DNA from: Gonapodya sp. JEL0774 | Taxonomy: Eukaryota | Length of the DNA stretch: 64,000 nucleotides | Direction: 5' to 3' | NCBI GenBank assembly: GCA_027604505.1 | Contig: JADIIX010000027.1 | Location: 124,001 to 188,000 of the forward strand | Shown here: positions 38,261 through 49,135 of the stretch, in pieces | Numbering within the stretch: the stretch's first letter is position 1 | How the letters are laid out: each line of letters opens with the position of its first letter | Made by a program: the position numbers and the translations under genes | The notes under the pieces: model-generated | What the model was told of the DNA's origin: nothing | The model's input: only the letters and a program-made list of their open reading frames with translations | Databases searched by the model: none

Positions 38261-40126
38261 TCATTGAGGGAACAGTGGCTTCTTGAATTCTGGTGATAAT
38301 GGTGCAAGCCCAATGCGTGGGGTGGTCAGTGCTTCGCCGTCTCCCACCCACGCGTTTGTGTCGTAAATCCCTATGAAGTTTTTCAAAAATACCGACCCGA
38401 GTATAAAGTCGTTGCTATTCCAGTCGTTAAAAACCGGCCTGTGATGAAAATCGCTGAGTTGATGCTTCTGCAAAAGGTTTAAATGTAGTTCAATTTTACA
38501 AACCAGCAGTACTTGTCCTCTGTGTAGCCAGGTTTCGCCAGATCACGAGCCGTCAAGGTAAAATCCATTCCTCCGATGGTAAATGTCACCACCGATTTGA
38601 CTGAGGCGAGATCTTCACATAGAGGACGACCACCGGTTTTGAAAAAAGTGTAGTTCAATCCAATAGCGGCGTACAACGACTCCGCAACAGATGCCGGAAC
38701 GCTGGCCAGCCCCGCGCCAGAGTCAAGGATGGCCCTTCCTCCGACGGGTATGGTGATGGTTCCGGATGTGGAGTTTGGCGTAATGAGGCCAGATCGCGTG
38801 ACTCCAACATTGTTCGTGATGCAGGCAGGATCAAAGAAGTACGAAATAGAGTCCATCGATGCCATCCATAGCGTAAAACGGTTTTGGTAGTTGACATCGG
38901 GTGCGACGTTGATCCATGTCAAGGGGGCCAAGGCATACGGTGCGGCGTCCTCTTCTGTCGCACCGAACTGGAGAACACCATTGTTGGGTGGACTGGTGTT
39001 TACATCAAAAGGCTGTCCAGAACTGGTGATTACAAATCACAGTGACAGAAAAGCACACGGGTCAATAAATGTGGGTCGTCGATCAAACGCAGGAAGCGAC
39101 ATCCATGCATACCCGAGATACATCATGAACGTGGGGGCCTTCAATCCCAATGACTCTTTGTATAAATGTAGCTGTATGTTGTTTCCGTAGTTCGCAAGTG
39201 TCGAGAAAGACAAGCCCAGGAATCCCGAAGTGGCTAGAGAGGCCCACGTACTGTACTGAACCTGTAAAAACTGCATCATGCAGAGGTTTGCAGAGGTTTT
39301 CAGAAAGAGGACATCGAGAAATTAGCTCACAGTGATAGTCGCGGCAAGAGACGAAGAGTTTCCGAAAGTAGCGATGTCTTGCCCGACCTGCCCGCTCACA
39401 TAGCCACCAACGTAGCTGAGCGAGTCGTAGTTGGGAGTTGCATTGTAGGAGGAGCTCTTCGTGTTGTCGTAATTCAATCGCGACTTGTTTTTGTCTATGA
39501 AAAGAGGTGATACTCTAGCCAGTTACGTTCTCCCAAATACTGGTGCTCTCACATGCTGTATTGCAGTTCTTATCGCAATAGGGATTGAGTGCCCAGACTC
39601 CATCAGATCCCAAATCGGGGAGTAGACGCACTTCCTGGGGGGGCGTGCCTGTTGGTAGATTCACATGATGCACTCTTAGACTTCGGAATCCCTTCATGCT
39701 TTCCCACGTGGTGTATATCGAAATTGGTCGTCGCTTGTGCTTGAATTGCACAGTGACCACATGATTCCAGCGAACATCCATGCGATGCATCAGTGTGCCG
39801 CTCACCAAGGAACATTGACACAGATGAGTAGGAGCTAATGATGCTGAGAGGGAGTGCGATAGAAGCCATATTCAGTGAATGTATCCGTACGCTGGGCCTT
39901 TTTGTAGAAGGATTGGACCTTTTTGTACAAGGATCGGAAAGGAAGAGGTTCTGGATGCATCCTAAGTGGTTTTTTCTGATCGATCTGAAAATGGAGGGGA
40001 GGAGGGGGTGAGGACCCTCAGACACTACAACACAACAAAAACGGCGACACCAAAAAACAACACCCGGAGCAGCCAAGCAAAAACACAGCGCACGAATGCT
40101 ATCACTACCAAAACACCAGGGGTCAT
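38261..40126 (-). CDS. Pepsin-like (A1) aspartic protease
   Basis: GTPPQEVRLLPDLGSDGVW, YNATPN..LSYVGGYVSG, GFLGLSF, AILDSGA, FILGSVFLKNFIGIYD..RIGLA. The 5' exons are approximate. Confidence 0.85.
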
Positions 40127-40389
40127 GGTATTGCACTTGTCAAATGATCACGTCACATCCATTTCGTCGAACAATACCTGACAATGCTATTCAGATATGC
40201 ACAGTTCTATCTCCAGGTGGCGCATTCAGCAATTATTTGAACAGAGAAAATACATTGTTTGCGTGTGAATAGAGGTCTTGATGGTTTTGATGTTGCTATC
40301 GTGATGTCTTCATGTCGTTAATACCTTTCTGGTTTAAAGTGCCATTTAAAGTGCCACACAGTTATTTGCACCTTCAATTCCTTTGCTTT

Positions 40390-41447
40390 TTAGTTGCTTT
40401 CAGTCGTTGGTATCCTCCTCCGCAGCAGAAGGCAAGATCGACACATGGGGGTCTTCAGCACGTCCATCCGATTACTCTTCGTCTCCGCCCCATAACCGAT
40501 GTCTGCGTAGTCACAGGTGAACTCAGAACCGTCACGAGAAGTCAAAGTGGAATCCACCCCCTCTATCGGTAGTTTCGCAGATGCAAAGTCGGTCGTAGGC
40601 ATCTCGGAAGCTGAGCCACCGAGGTCGACGACTTCAACTTCCGTGGAACGCTCATCCCCGTCTACATCTATAGCTTCATTCTCTGGAGAATGAGTCGACG
40701 TATTTTTGGTGAAGAAGATGATCTGCGCGCCGACGGTGTGGGGACAGAGGAGGCTGATTGCGCCGGAACTCAATGATGAGACTACCAGAAAATGGTTGAA
40801 ATCGCTGTTTCCATCCTAAGCGTACGTAACAATCCACTCAAGTACGTACTTGTGACCCCATTTGTGGCACTGCTGATTGGCATTTATGAACAGATCCGCG
40901 TCTTCGAAGTGGGCGAATTGCTGGAAAAGGCAAGAGACTGAAAATTTAAAGCCACAGCTCGATTCCAACACTTTACGAACCGCGAAGGCATAATTCTCTG
41001 ATGTATATGTAATGCAATGCGCATGTTGGCGAAGCAGTGATGAATGAAATGTCGAATGACCAACAAAGGAAGCGGAAACGGTTGGCGATAACGACGATCA
41101 AGCATGCACGTGACTGTTGTCCAGGAGAAAACTCACCAAGCCATGTGAAATCCACGATCCGACCCCACTCGTGAATCTTGGATGGGGAGGTAGAATCGAT
41201 TGGAACCACAGTTCGAAGTAACAAGTCTCTGAGACAACAATGTCTCGATGGGATAGCAATATTGAGAAGTGCTCACAAAAGACTTCACATCTCTCTGTGA
41301 TGTGGAGATACAATCGATGTTTCCTTTGGGAGAAAGGAAGTGACACCAAGAGTAGCGTGGGAAGACGAATTGGGGAGATACGCCAGCTCTCTGTTCCGCG
41401 AGTGCCAGCTTACCAATGTACACAACAGTGGGCCCTTTCCTCGCCAT
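40390..41447 (-). CDS. Uncharacterised multi-exon protein
   Basis: A series of minus-strand ORFs (MARKGPTVVYIG..; LLRTVVPIDS..; SSGAISLLCPHTVGAQIIFFTKN..) flanked by GT/AG signals. No family recognised. Confidence 0.4.
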
Positions 41448-41643
41448 TAATCAGACATGAATAGGTGAGTGCAGATCAGATTCTCGCTGGTCGACGTCAT
41501 TCATACGAATGACCGAAGCAGAGTAGTTTCTTATGCCTCAGTCCGTTTACCTTTTGTCTACACGAAACATATCGACAACTATGTAACAATTTCTGATGGG
41601 GTAGCCACTTCAGCGTAAGTTTAGGATATCGGAGCATCTCGTT

Positions 41644-43795
41644 TTACACATATGAACGTGCCAAAGTTCGAATCTCTTCTTTGAAGGATTCCGACAGCAA
41701 GTCAAGATTAATGCTGTAGATTGAAGGTAACGAGAATGGTCAAGAAGCCATTCTCTCTCAATTTGACTTGAGGAGGGTTACTCACTCATTGTAATCTGCA
41801 GGTGAAATATGAAGAACGCGATGAGCGGCTTTGCAAGTAGAGCCAATGGTGTCAACTCACCAAGACTAATGACAAAGAAACATCGAAACATTGGTCAGGG
41901 GTCGTTGGTTGTTTCGAGTTATTTTGTCCATTACCATTCCACACCGATCAACTTTGCACGGCACTGCAAAAGGACCACTCACCCGAATGGCATTTCAATA
42001 TTTCGAGCAATCATCTCCACGCCAATCAAGCAATGGGATACTAGGAATACCACAAGTATCTGCGAGGACGGACTCAATAGTTTTGTACACATTAAAAACA
42101 ACGATGCGCAAATACCACGTACCGTCCAGTAGCCCAATAAGTCAACCAGTTGCACAGGTAGAAGAAAGCAATATATAAGGAGAATTTGTCGCAGCAAGAT
42201 ATTGTAGGGTTTGGGACTAAACAAAGCAAACTGCGGTCACGAATCGTTGCCGACAAAAGTCACAGGAACATTACGACCGCGGTCAACCTACACCGGCGTG
42301 CACGCGATTCTCTCCAAGCTGGTGGCCGTCTCTACCGCCTGACTTATCAGATTTTCACAGGAGAACATGAATGGATGGAGTGAGACGACATTGTGTTCAA
42401 CACAAAGCGCAAAGAGACGCGAGAGCGACTGGGCAAGGGCAACTGCGAAATTGTGATGCACGTCATAGTCAGAACGCATGGCGACAACTTTCCTCGCCAA
42501 ACACACACAGGGAAACTTCTCGGGATGCACCGACTCCAACCTCAAAAACCAATCTCTCACAATGGGGCCTCGCGAGTCCGAAAGATCATTCGCAACAGTC
42601 TCTGATATGCTAGGAGCAGGAGTGTTATTCGTCTCCGATATACTAGGAGCAGCAGTGTTATTTGCTAGAGGAATCGGGAGCGTGGAAGGTGGAGTGCGAA
42701 AGTCCGAGCTGACGTAAGACTTCAGATCAAGGGCTTCGGAATAATAGGACTTGTCGGTCCACTGGGACGGTTCAAACTCTGCGAAAAGATCACCTTTGTT
42801 AGTGTTGGGTGAAGTTGAAAGAACCACCCGGAGCCAACTGTGCACTCCCACGGATTCTCCCTTCTAACGAGTTCCATACAGTTCGCTCAAATTTCAGCCA
42901 CTAACTTACCAGCCCTCAAATAATGTTTCACGGAGAACAAAAACGCCACAACAAGCTTGGCGACCTTTTGTGCAGCCTTGTCTCCCAGTTCAGACTTCTG
43001 AACGGTCAGTCCGGTGAAAGCAGCTCGTGCAACATTGCGAAGTTGAGATGTGAGTTGCCCCCAAAGTCGCCGGCCCTCCGAAAAGCGATCGTAAGCTTGA
43101 TTCGAGCGAAATGAAAGCATTAAAGACAGCACAGTGGAAAGCTGTGGTTTTTTGTGTTGGGAGTCGAGTAAGTACGATAAAGGTGACCACAATAGTCTTA
43201 ACATAATGCTTACAAGCGTCACCATCGGCGTTGTTGGTAGCACCACCCTGAAGTCGGACTGCTTGTTCACAATTACCACCAGAGCTGTCCAAACGGTGAC
43301 AATGAGAACGGATGGGAGAGCGTGGAGAATTACGGAGCCTCGGAAGTCAAGCGCAGTGTAGATGATGCTCTACAGGGGCAGATAGTACAGGGGGGGGGGG
43401 GGGGGGGGGGGGGAGACGTGCGCCTGTGGAAAAAATTTCCAGTGGTTCTCAATACANNNNNNNNNNTTCGGGTGACATGGAACCGCGTGAGTTGCTGCTC
43501 CACCTCCACTGCCCCGCGGCCGCCGGGGCGCCCCCGGGCGGGGCGCGGCGCGCGCCGCCCGGCCCCGCCCCGCCGCCCGGCCCCCGCCGCCCGGCGTGCG
43601 CCCGGGGGGGGGGGGCGAGACGTGCAAGAGGTGAAACACTTTCCAATGGTGCTCACTACACATGTCACTCATCCTCGCCGAGCCAGGAACCTCACAAAAA
43701 GCAAGCAGGCTCACCTCCTTCGATTCATGCACGTGTTCCTTAACTGCATCGCGCTTTATTTCTGAGGATTTGCGCGAGAACCACAGCAAATTCAT
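41644..43795 (-). CDS. Bestrophin (RFP-TM/UPF0187) anion channel
   Basis: RGSVIL.., LSLMLSFRSNQAYDRFSEGRRLWG, VKHYLR, LERIACTP, LIYCFLLP, and EMPFG|L|DYN|DINLD rebuilt from micro-exons. The 5' part is interrupted by an N-gap and the start is tentative. Confidence 0.9.
43389..43660. other. Assembly gap (10 N at 43457-43466) with low-quality poly-G/GC-rich and duplicated flanks
   Basis: Long G runs and an N run. Two divergent copies of the same approximately 45-bp sequence occur on either side (gagacgtgcgcctgtggaaaaaatttccagtggttctcaataca vs gagacgtgcaagaggtgaaacactttccaatggtgctcactaca). Confidence 0.85.
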
Positions 43796-44326
43796 TTCCG
43801 TTTGTTTTTGCCAAGAAAGACGGAGGACACAAGAAGCTTGTCGATTCGCTTCCGTGGGGATGAGTTCGACCGCCCAGCTGCGCTCGTTCGGTGTTGATGG
43901 AATTTGTGTGACGGGTATGGAAAGGGAAAGGGTTTCTCCCCCACAGAAGCCTCCCATCTGTGGGCTGTGGCATCTCGGCCCAATTTCAGCACAAGCCTGT
44001 ACACGAAGTTCATAATATTGATTTGGACCTAAACAACGTTGTGTGAGCGAGTGATATATAGTTGGTTTGGCATTCATTCGTGTGTAATTGGTTTCGCTGA
44101 ACCATATGAGCGCACTGTTACTTTGAACTGTGCTAACTTTTCACTTGATTAGATTCAAGTACATGGCGGAATACATTGGGTTACAACATGATAAAAATTA
44201 AAGTGCAAACTACGTTATATCGAAAGAGCACTGCCCCATCGCTCACACGGTCAGGAACCTCCCCGACACAGTGCAGCCGTATTAATACTCCTGGTAAACA
44301 ACCCCGAGAACTGCGCCATCTCTCCC

Positions 44327-47300
44327 TTACACGGACTCCTCCTTGCCGGGAAGAATCGCCTCCTTTGACTCCTCCGCCATGGCCAAATCATTGTCCGAAG
44401 AAGCCGCCTTCTTCTTCTTGAACCGGGGAATAAGTGCAGCGACACCGGCGACGATTCCCCAGTATCCAAAGTAGCTGACAACGGTCGCGACGGTTCCACT
44501 GAGAAATTTCATCAGGCAAATTCAGCAAACACAGTGCATGCCAAACAGAGGGGGGAACGACTCACATTGCTCGCCATCCCATAAATGCATTCATAATTTG
44601 GAAGAAGAAGTTCTGCTCGTGGTCGCAGCAGGCACTCATGTCAAAAATGACCGGGGACATTTCGGGGTATTCGGCGGGCATCTCTTGGGGTCCAAGAGGC
44701 TATCGACGATGATGAAGGTTATGAAAAATAACTCCCGTTTATTTTACGAGGTCATAAACACTCACAGTGGTCCAGACATTCTCCTCCTCGCCTGCCGCGT
44801 TCATAACTTGGTATGAAGTGATCATTCCTGCAGCAATGTGGTCCACGACGTGGCAGTGCAGCATCCAGGTTCCGGCATTGTTGACAGTCATTTCAACAGA
44901 ACGGAAGGTGGCAGGAAGAAGCTCCATCACATCACGACGGTGACCTCCCTCGACGAAGGTGTTGCCGTGCCAATGAGCAGTGTGCAAATCAACCTCATTG
45001 CCTGACACATGGAAAACACTCAATTTACAACCTCTTTACCAATGCCGAGAATCGGCAAAAACACCCACCAATAGCAAACACGTGCCAACGAACCCTCTCC
45101 CCCTTGATGGCAACGTAACCGTCCAAGTTGTTGTAGACACGACCGTTCACGGAGTGCATCTTGTTTGATTCATCGAACTCATCCTTAGCATCGTCACCGA
45201 GGGAGGCATAGTCAATCAATTCAGGGGTGTAGGCAGCGATGTTGACGTCACTGGAAAAAAGTTCATTTTAGCGAACATCCAGTACAGTTACCTTTCTGAT
45301 ACGCACATGTAAGTTGACATGCTCTCGTCAAAGACACCAAACAGGGAAATGAACTCGCGAGCGACATCTGTGGGGAGGTTGGTGGCGTCGTTCAAGAATC
45401 CACGCCTGTAGATGAGGATGGGGCCCACGGAGCCAGCGTAGATGTCGTTGCCCTCAGTCAAGTGTGAGTGGTAACTGGAAACACCAAAGTGTGTAAGGGA
45501 AAAGAAAATGCTCGAAGGTTTCCACCGAGAAACTTACGCCCAGAGGATGGAGTTGGGGTCGTTCACAGCTGGTCCAGATTCCTCGGCAATCGCCCAGTTG
45601 TACTGGTACGTCTCTCCAGTGTTGACTGGCGCGCCCATCATGTTCCACTGGGTGGCAGCACCTTCAGAGTCAGGGCGGTAGATGGAACCGTGGGGGTGGA
45701 TAGAAATGGGTGTCGAGGCCATGTTCTGGAACACAATCTGAACCACGTCGCCAACTTCCGCGCGGATGATGGGACCAAGGAACCCTTGCCAGTCGAACTT
45801 GGCCTTGCGGGTGGTAAAGGTATCGTCGGTGTACTCGTAGTAGAGGGCCTTGATGTACCGGGATCCGATTTTGTTCGGGGCGTGAAGGGTGAACACACCG
45901 GCAGTATCCTTCTCGAGCACCAAGGGGTTGCCAGAAACATGGTCGTATCCGGAAGGAGCTAAAATCCAGAATCGAGTGCGATGGGCATCACTACACGATC
46001 ACGAACGACGACGCACACTGAGACTCACCGTAGTCCCATTCGGTCTCCTCAGCGGCAATGTAGTAAGTGCGAACCTTGCACGTGGTCCTGGCAGTGCCGT
46101 TGAGAGAAGGGCAGTGCACATTCTCGGCATTGAGCTCAATCTTCGGTCCGGAAAGGGGTGCCTCTGCGCGCTTACGGAACGAGTTGGTGGAGACGTGCGA
46201 AGTCTTCTCGGGGTATGTAAGACCCGCATTAGCAAGCTGGAAGGTTTGTCGCAAAAACGCAAAGCAGAAAGATGAGAAAATGATTCCAGCTTCAGACAAA
46301 AAATGATTCCAGCTTCAGACAAATCAGATCGGGAAACACTCACAGCAGTCTTCAGGGAATCCGGGGTAATCGGAGCTGGGTACGAGGCGTAAAGGGTGTT
46401 GTTCTTTGCTTCGGCGCTCTTGATGTAGCCAAATTCCTCAAATTCGTGGGCAGCGTTGGCAGCAAGACCGGCCGAGATGATGAACATGAAGATGGCCGAG
46501 TAGAACAAGAAAGTCTTGAGTTTGAGCTGGGCGAATCCACTGTGGAGGAGCTTGCCGACCAAGATACCGAGGAAAATACCGAGAAGACCGGGAATGATGA
46601 TCGAGTACGGTTCACCTTGACCAACCTTTTGTTGAGAAGTAAAAGTGAGGCTTAAACACAGAATAAATATCGACCAGGAGAAAAGAGATCGGAACTTACA
46701 CCTGTGAGGAAGATCACCGATTCGAGACCTTCACGTAGAACAACAGAGAAAGTGAGGAAAAAGAGCGCCCAGGGTCTGTCAACTTGTTTGCTTTCTTCGG
46801 TGTCTTTGACAACAAAGTCCTTCTTGGTGGAGGCGTCGTCGGAACTGGAGTCCACGACTGTCACAGAGGATTCAGCACGGTTGACTTCAACCTCGGTCTC
46901 GGGTGTTCCAAGGCGTTCCTTGGCAATTTCCTTCTTGGCGGTTTCGGCGAGACCGGCCTTGAGCATCCGGCGTTCCCATTTCGCCTCGAGGTCACCGGCA
47001 TGGAGCATACCGAAACCCATGATGGTGAGGAGAATGCACGCGAGGAACTTGAAAGAGCCCTCCCTGTGAGAAAAGAATAATCACGAGATTGAGCACAGCT
47101 GAGGACTTGGAGAAAAGGGACAGGGACGAAACCCACCACACGGGTTCGAAAGAACCGAAGAGGTCCTTCTTGAGGACATAGAAGACAACTGAGAACGCGA
47201 TTCCTACGAGAATCGAAATAGCCAGTCCGAGTCCAACTCCCAACCAAATCTGCTTCCGCAGGCGCTTGACTAGGGCAGGGTGACGCGAAGCCGTCTTCTG

Positions 47301-47560
47301 GACGAAGTTGAGAAGAACCCCAATGACCACCGCAGCCTCCAGGGCCTCACGGAACAGAATAAACAGAGCACCTGGGAGTTTTGTTGGAAAGAATACGAGG
47401 ATCAGGGAAAACTGAATCACCGGGAGTTCGCGGGCATACTCGTCCCAGCGCGTCCAGCGGATGGATGCTTCCGTCCCACATTTCCGGTAGATATATCATG
47501 GTTCCAGGTCCAAGAAGTGATGTGCCCAGACTCACCAGCGTTGAAAAGATTAGTGGGCAT
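44327..47560 (-). CDS. FTR1: FTR1 iron permease with an inserted two-domain ceruloplasmin-like multicopper ferroxidase (808 aa, 11 exons)
   Basis: Exons: 47560-47536, 47371-47137, 47063-46700, 46625-46344, 46236-46029, 45958-45538, 45474-45307, 45250-45069, 45001-44766, 44699-44566, 44498-44327. All introns are GT-AG and phase-consistent, total 2427 nt. Ftr1 motifs: FREALE, WEG, LREGLE, CC..NAFMGW..SYFGYW. MCO motifs: HPHG, YHSH, HTAHWHG, HCHVVDHIAAGM. Confidence 0.93.
46277..46322. repeat. 23-bp perfect tandem duplication inside the intron joining the FTR1 and oxidase parts
   Basis: aaaatgattccagcttcagacaa x2. Confidence 0.9.
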
Positions 47561-47687
47561 GTTTTAGTGACGGGAGAAAGCAGACTATCGAGAGAGGATT
47601 GACGATGTCTCAGGTACCAGCCGGAGAATGGTTGATATTAAAGTAGGTATGATAATGGGAGAGGGACTAGAGGTGGAACGAGATGGG

Positions 47688-47773
47688 TTTATAAAGGAAA
47701 AAGAGCAGCGGTGGGCGCTTTAGGACGGTGAGGATGCTGAGGGACAGGGGTCCATCGGAGACACGCTGATTGG
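47688..47773 (-). promoter_or_regulatory. Candidate core promoter of the FTR1-MCO gene: TATA box and CCAAT-N12-GAT element
   Basis: Minus-strand TATAAA at 47688-47693 and CCAAT cagcgtgtctcc GAT at 47773-47754, about 130-210 bp upstream of the ATG. Confidence 0.4.
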
Positions 47774-49135
47774 CGGGGAAGCCAGAATCCGAAGATCAAC
47801 AAAGATCGCACATCTCATCAAACTCCAAACTCTGCTTCAATCCCATTCAAAACTTTAGCAACTTCGGATCGTGTCCGCGTTGGAGTTGAAGCGCTTCGCT
47901 TCGGAACCCTCCCTTGGCCTTGTTTTACTCTGGATCAAATTCGGAGTGAATTGTTCCATAGAAAGGCCGAACTACCAAGCCAAACTCGGAAATGAATTTT
48001 ATCTGCTTCGCATGAAAAAGAGCCGCAAAGCATTCCGCTTCCATATGCCGCCACAATGATTCACCGAAATCGAATGTATTGGTGAGGACGAAACACGCTG
48101 GCTGGGAACAGTGAGATATTGCTCACCGCTATGTTTTCAACTTTTCTTCCTGTATAGCTGTTACGACACTCTACGCTGCTTTGGGGTTCAACCCTAGTCT
48201 TTTGCACCGCTCAATACAAAGGCAAGCAGAATACCACAGAACTGGTTGATATACACAAACTAGTTACTGCAAGATTCGAGCTCCAGTTCCCTTCATTATC
48301 TGTACAACTCTGAGCCTGTTGTGTTTATGCAGAGTCTTTTTATGCACCACATAACAAAATACACAGTGTTTCCCTGTGATTGAAACGCCAAAGTATCACA
48401 CGTCGTACAAAAATCGCACTTGAAAATAGCGCGCTATGGTGAATTTCACAATGCTTTCTGAAAGTGGCGTGGTGTTTGGTTTGAGATCGATTGTGATCAT
48501 CTTTGGCTGAATCGAACTTTGGATCTCAGGCAGCAGACCGGGTGGCCAAGATCCACACAAAGCGTTCTTTGCACACGAGAATATCGCACAAGCTTGGACA
48601 ATTGACTAACTCTATAGAGGTGTTCCATCGCTTGTTTCGTCTATGTATCTCCAGTTGTGTATTTCAAACCGAATCGAAAGAACTCGCTCCCTCCTGTGGA
48701 TGAAGCGGTGGAACGACTTCCACCGGCACAACCCGAAACCACTCTTCCGATTGACCCGTCATTGAACGAACTCTGAGTCATTCAAGTGTCTCTTGTTTCC
48801 CCCACCAATCATGTGTCCCTGAGGGAATTTTGCTATGGTGTCTTTCTCCGTCCTCATGAGGGTGGCCAAGGACCCCAGCACCAAACCATAACTTTCCCAT
48901 CTGGGTGGAATCGACGGCATGGACTATGACGGTAAATGAATTAATTGGATGCTCCTGCTCTTTGTGGAACTGTGCAAGTTCTTTGCGAATAAAATATTGG
49001 CAACTGGCAAACAAACTCACTCACAACCGAGAATAGACTAACGTCAAAATTATTGCCACAAAATTATTGCCAATTTGACTTGATGGATAATACAGTGATC
49101 GTGACCCACACCACGCTAGCCAATCACCACCTACG

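Noticed and set aside
42595..42665. 33-bp imperfect repeat (NNTAAPSISET/NNTPAPSISET)
   Set aside because: An ordinary in-frame duplication in a variable loop of the bestrophin, not a CRISPR or regulatory array.
43389..43660. GC-rich ORFs and apparent direct repeat around the N gap (possible mobile element or G-quadruplex)
   Set aside because: Looks like two degraded reads of the same sequence after a poly-G run flanking a gap, so it is an assembly artefact inside the bestrophin gene.
46277..46322. 23-bp tandem repeat at the FTR1/MCO junction as an insertion scar
   Set aside because: It is a simple adjacent duplication within one intron with no matching copy at the other end of the insert, so it is not a target-site duplication.
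44327..47560. Reading FTR1 and the oxidase as two neighbouring genes (classic FET3-FTR1 pair)
   Set aside because: There is no stop after TM6 once the intron is removed and no separate signal peptide for the oxidase, and Ftr1 TM7 lies downstream of the oxidase.
47780..49130. Short ORFs and a 14-bp tandem repeat in the intergenic region
   Set aside because: No coding signature. Treated as promoter/3' UTR sequence.
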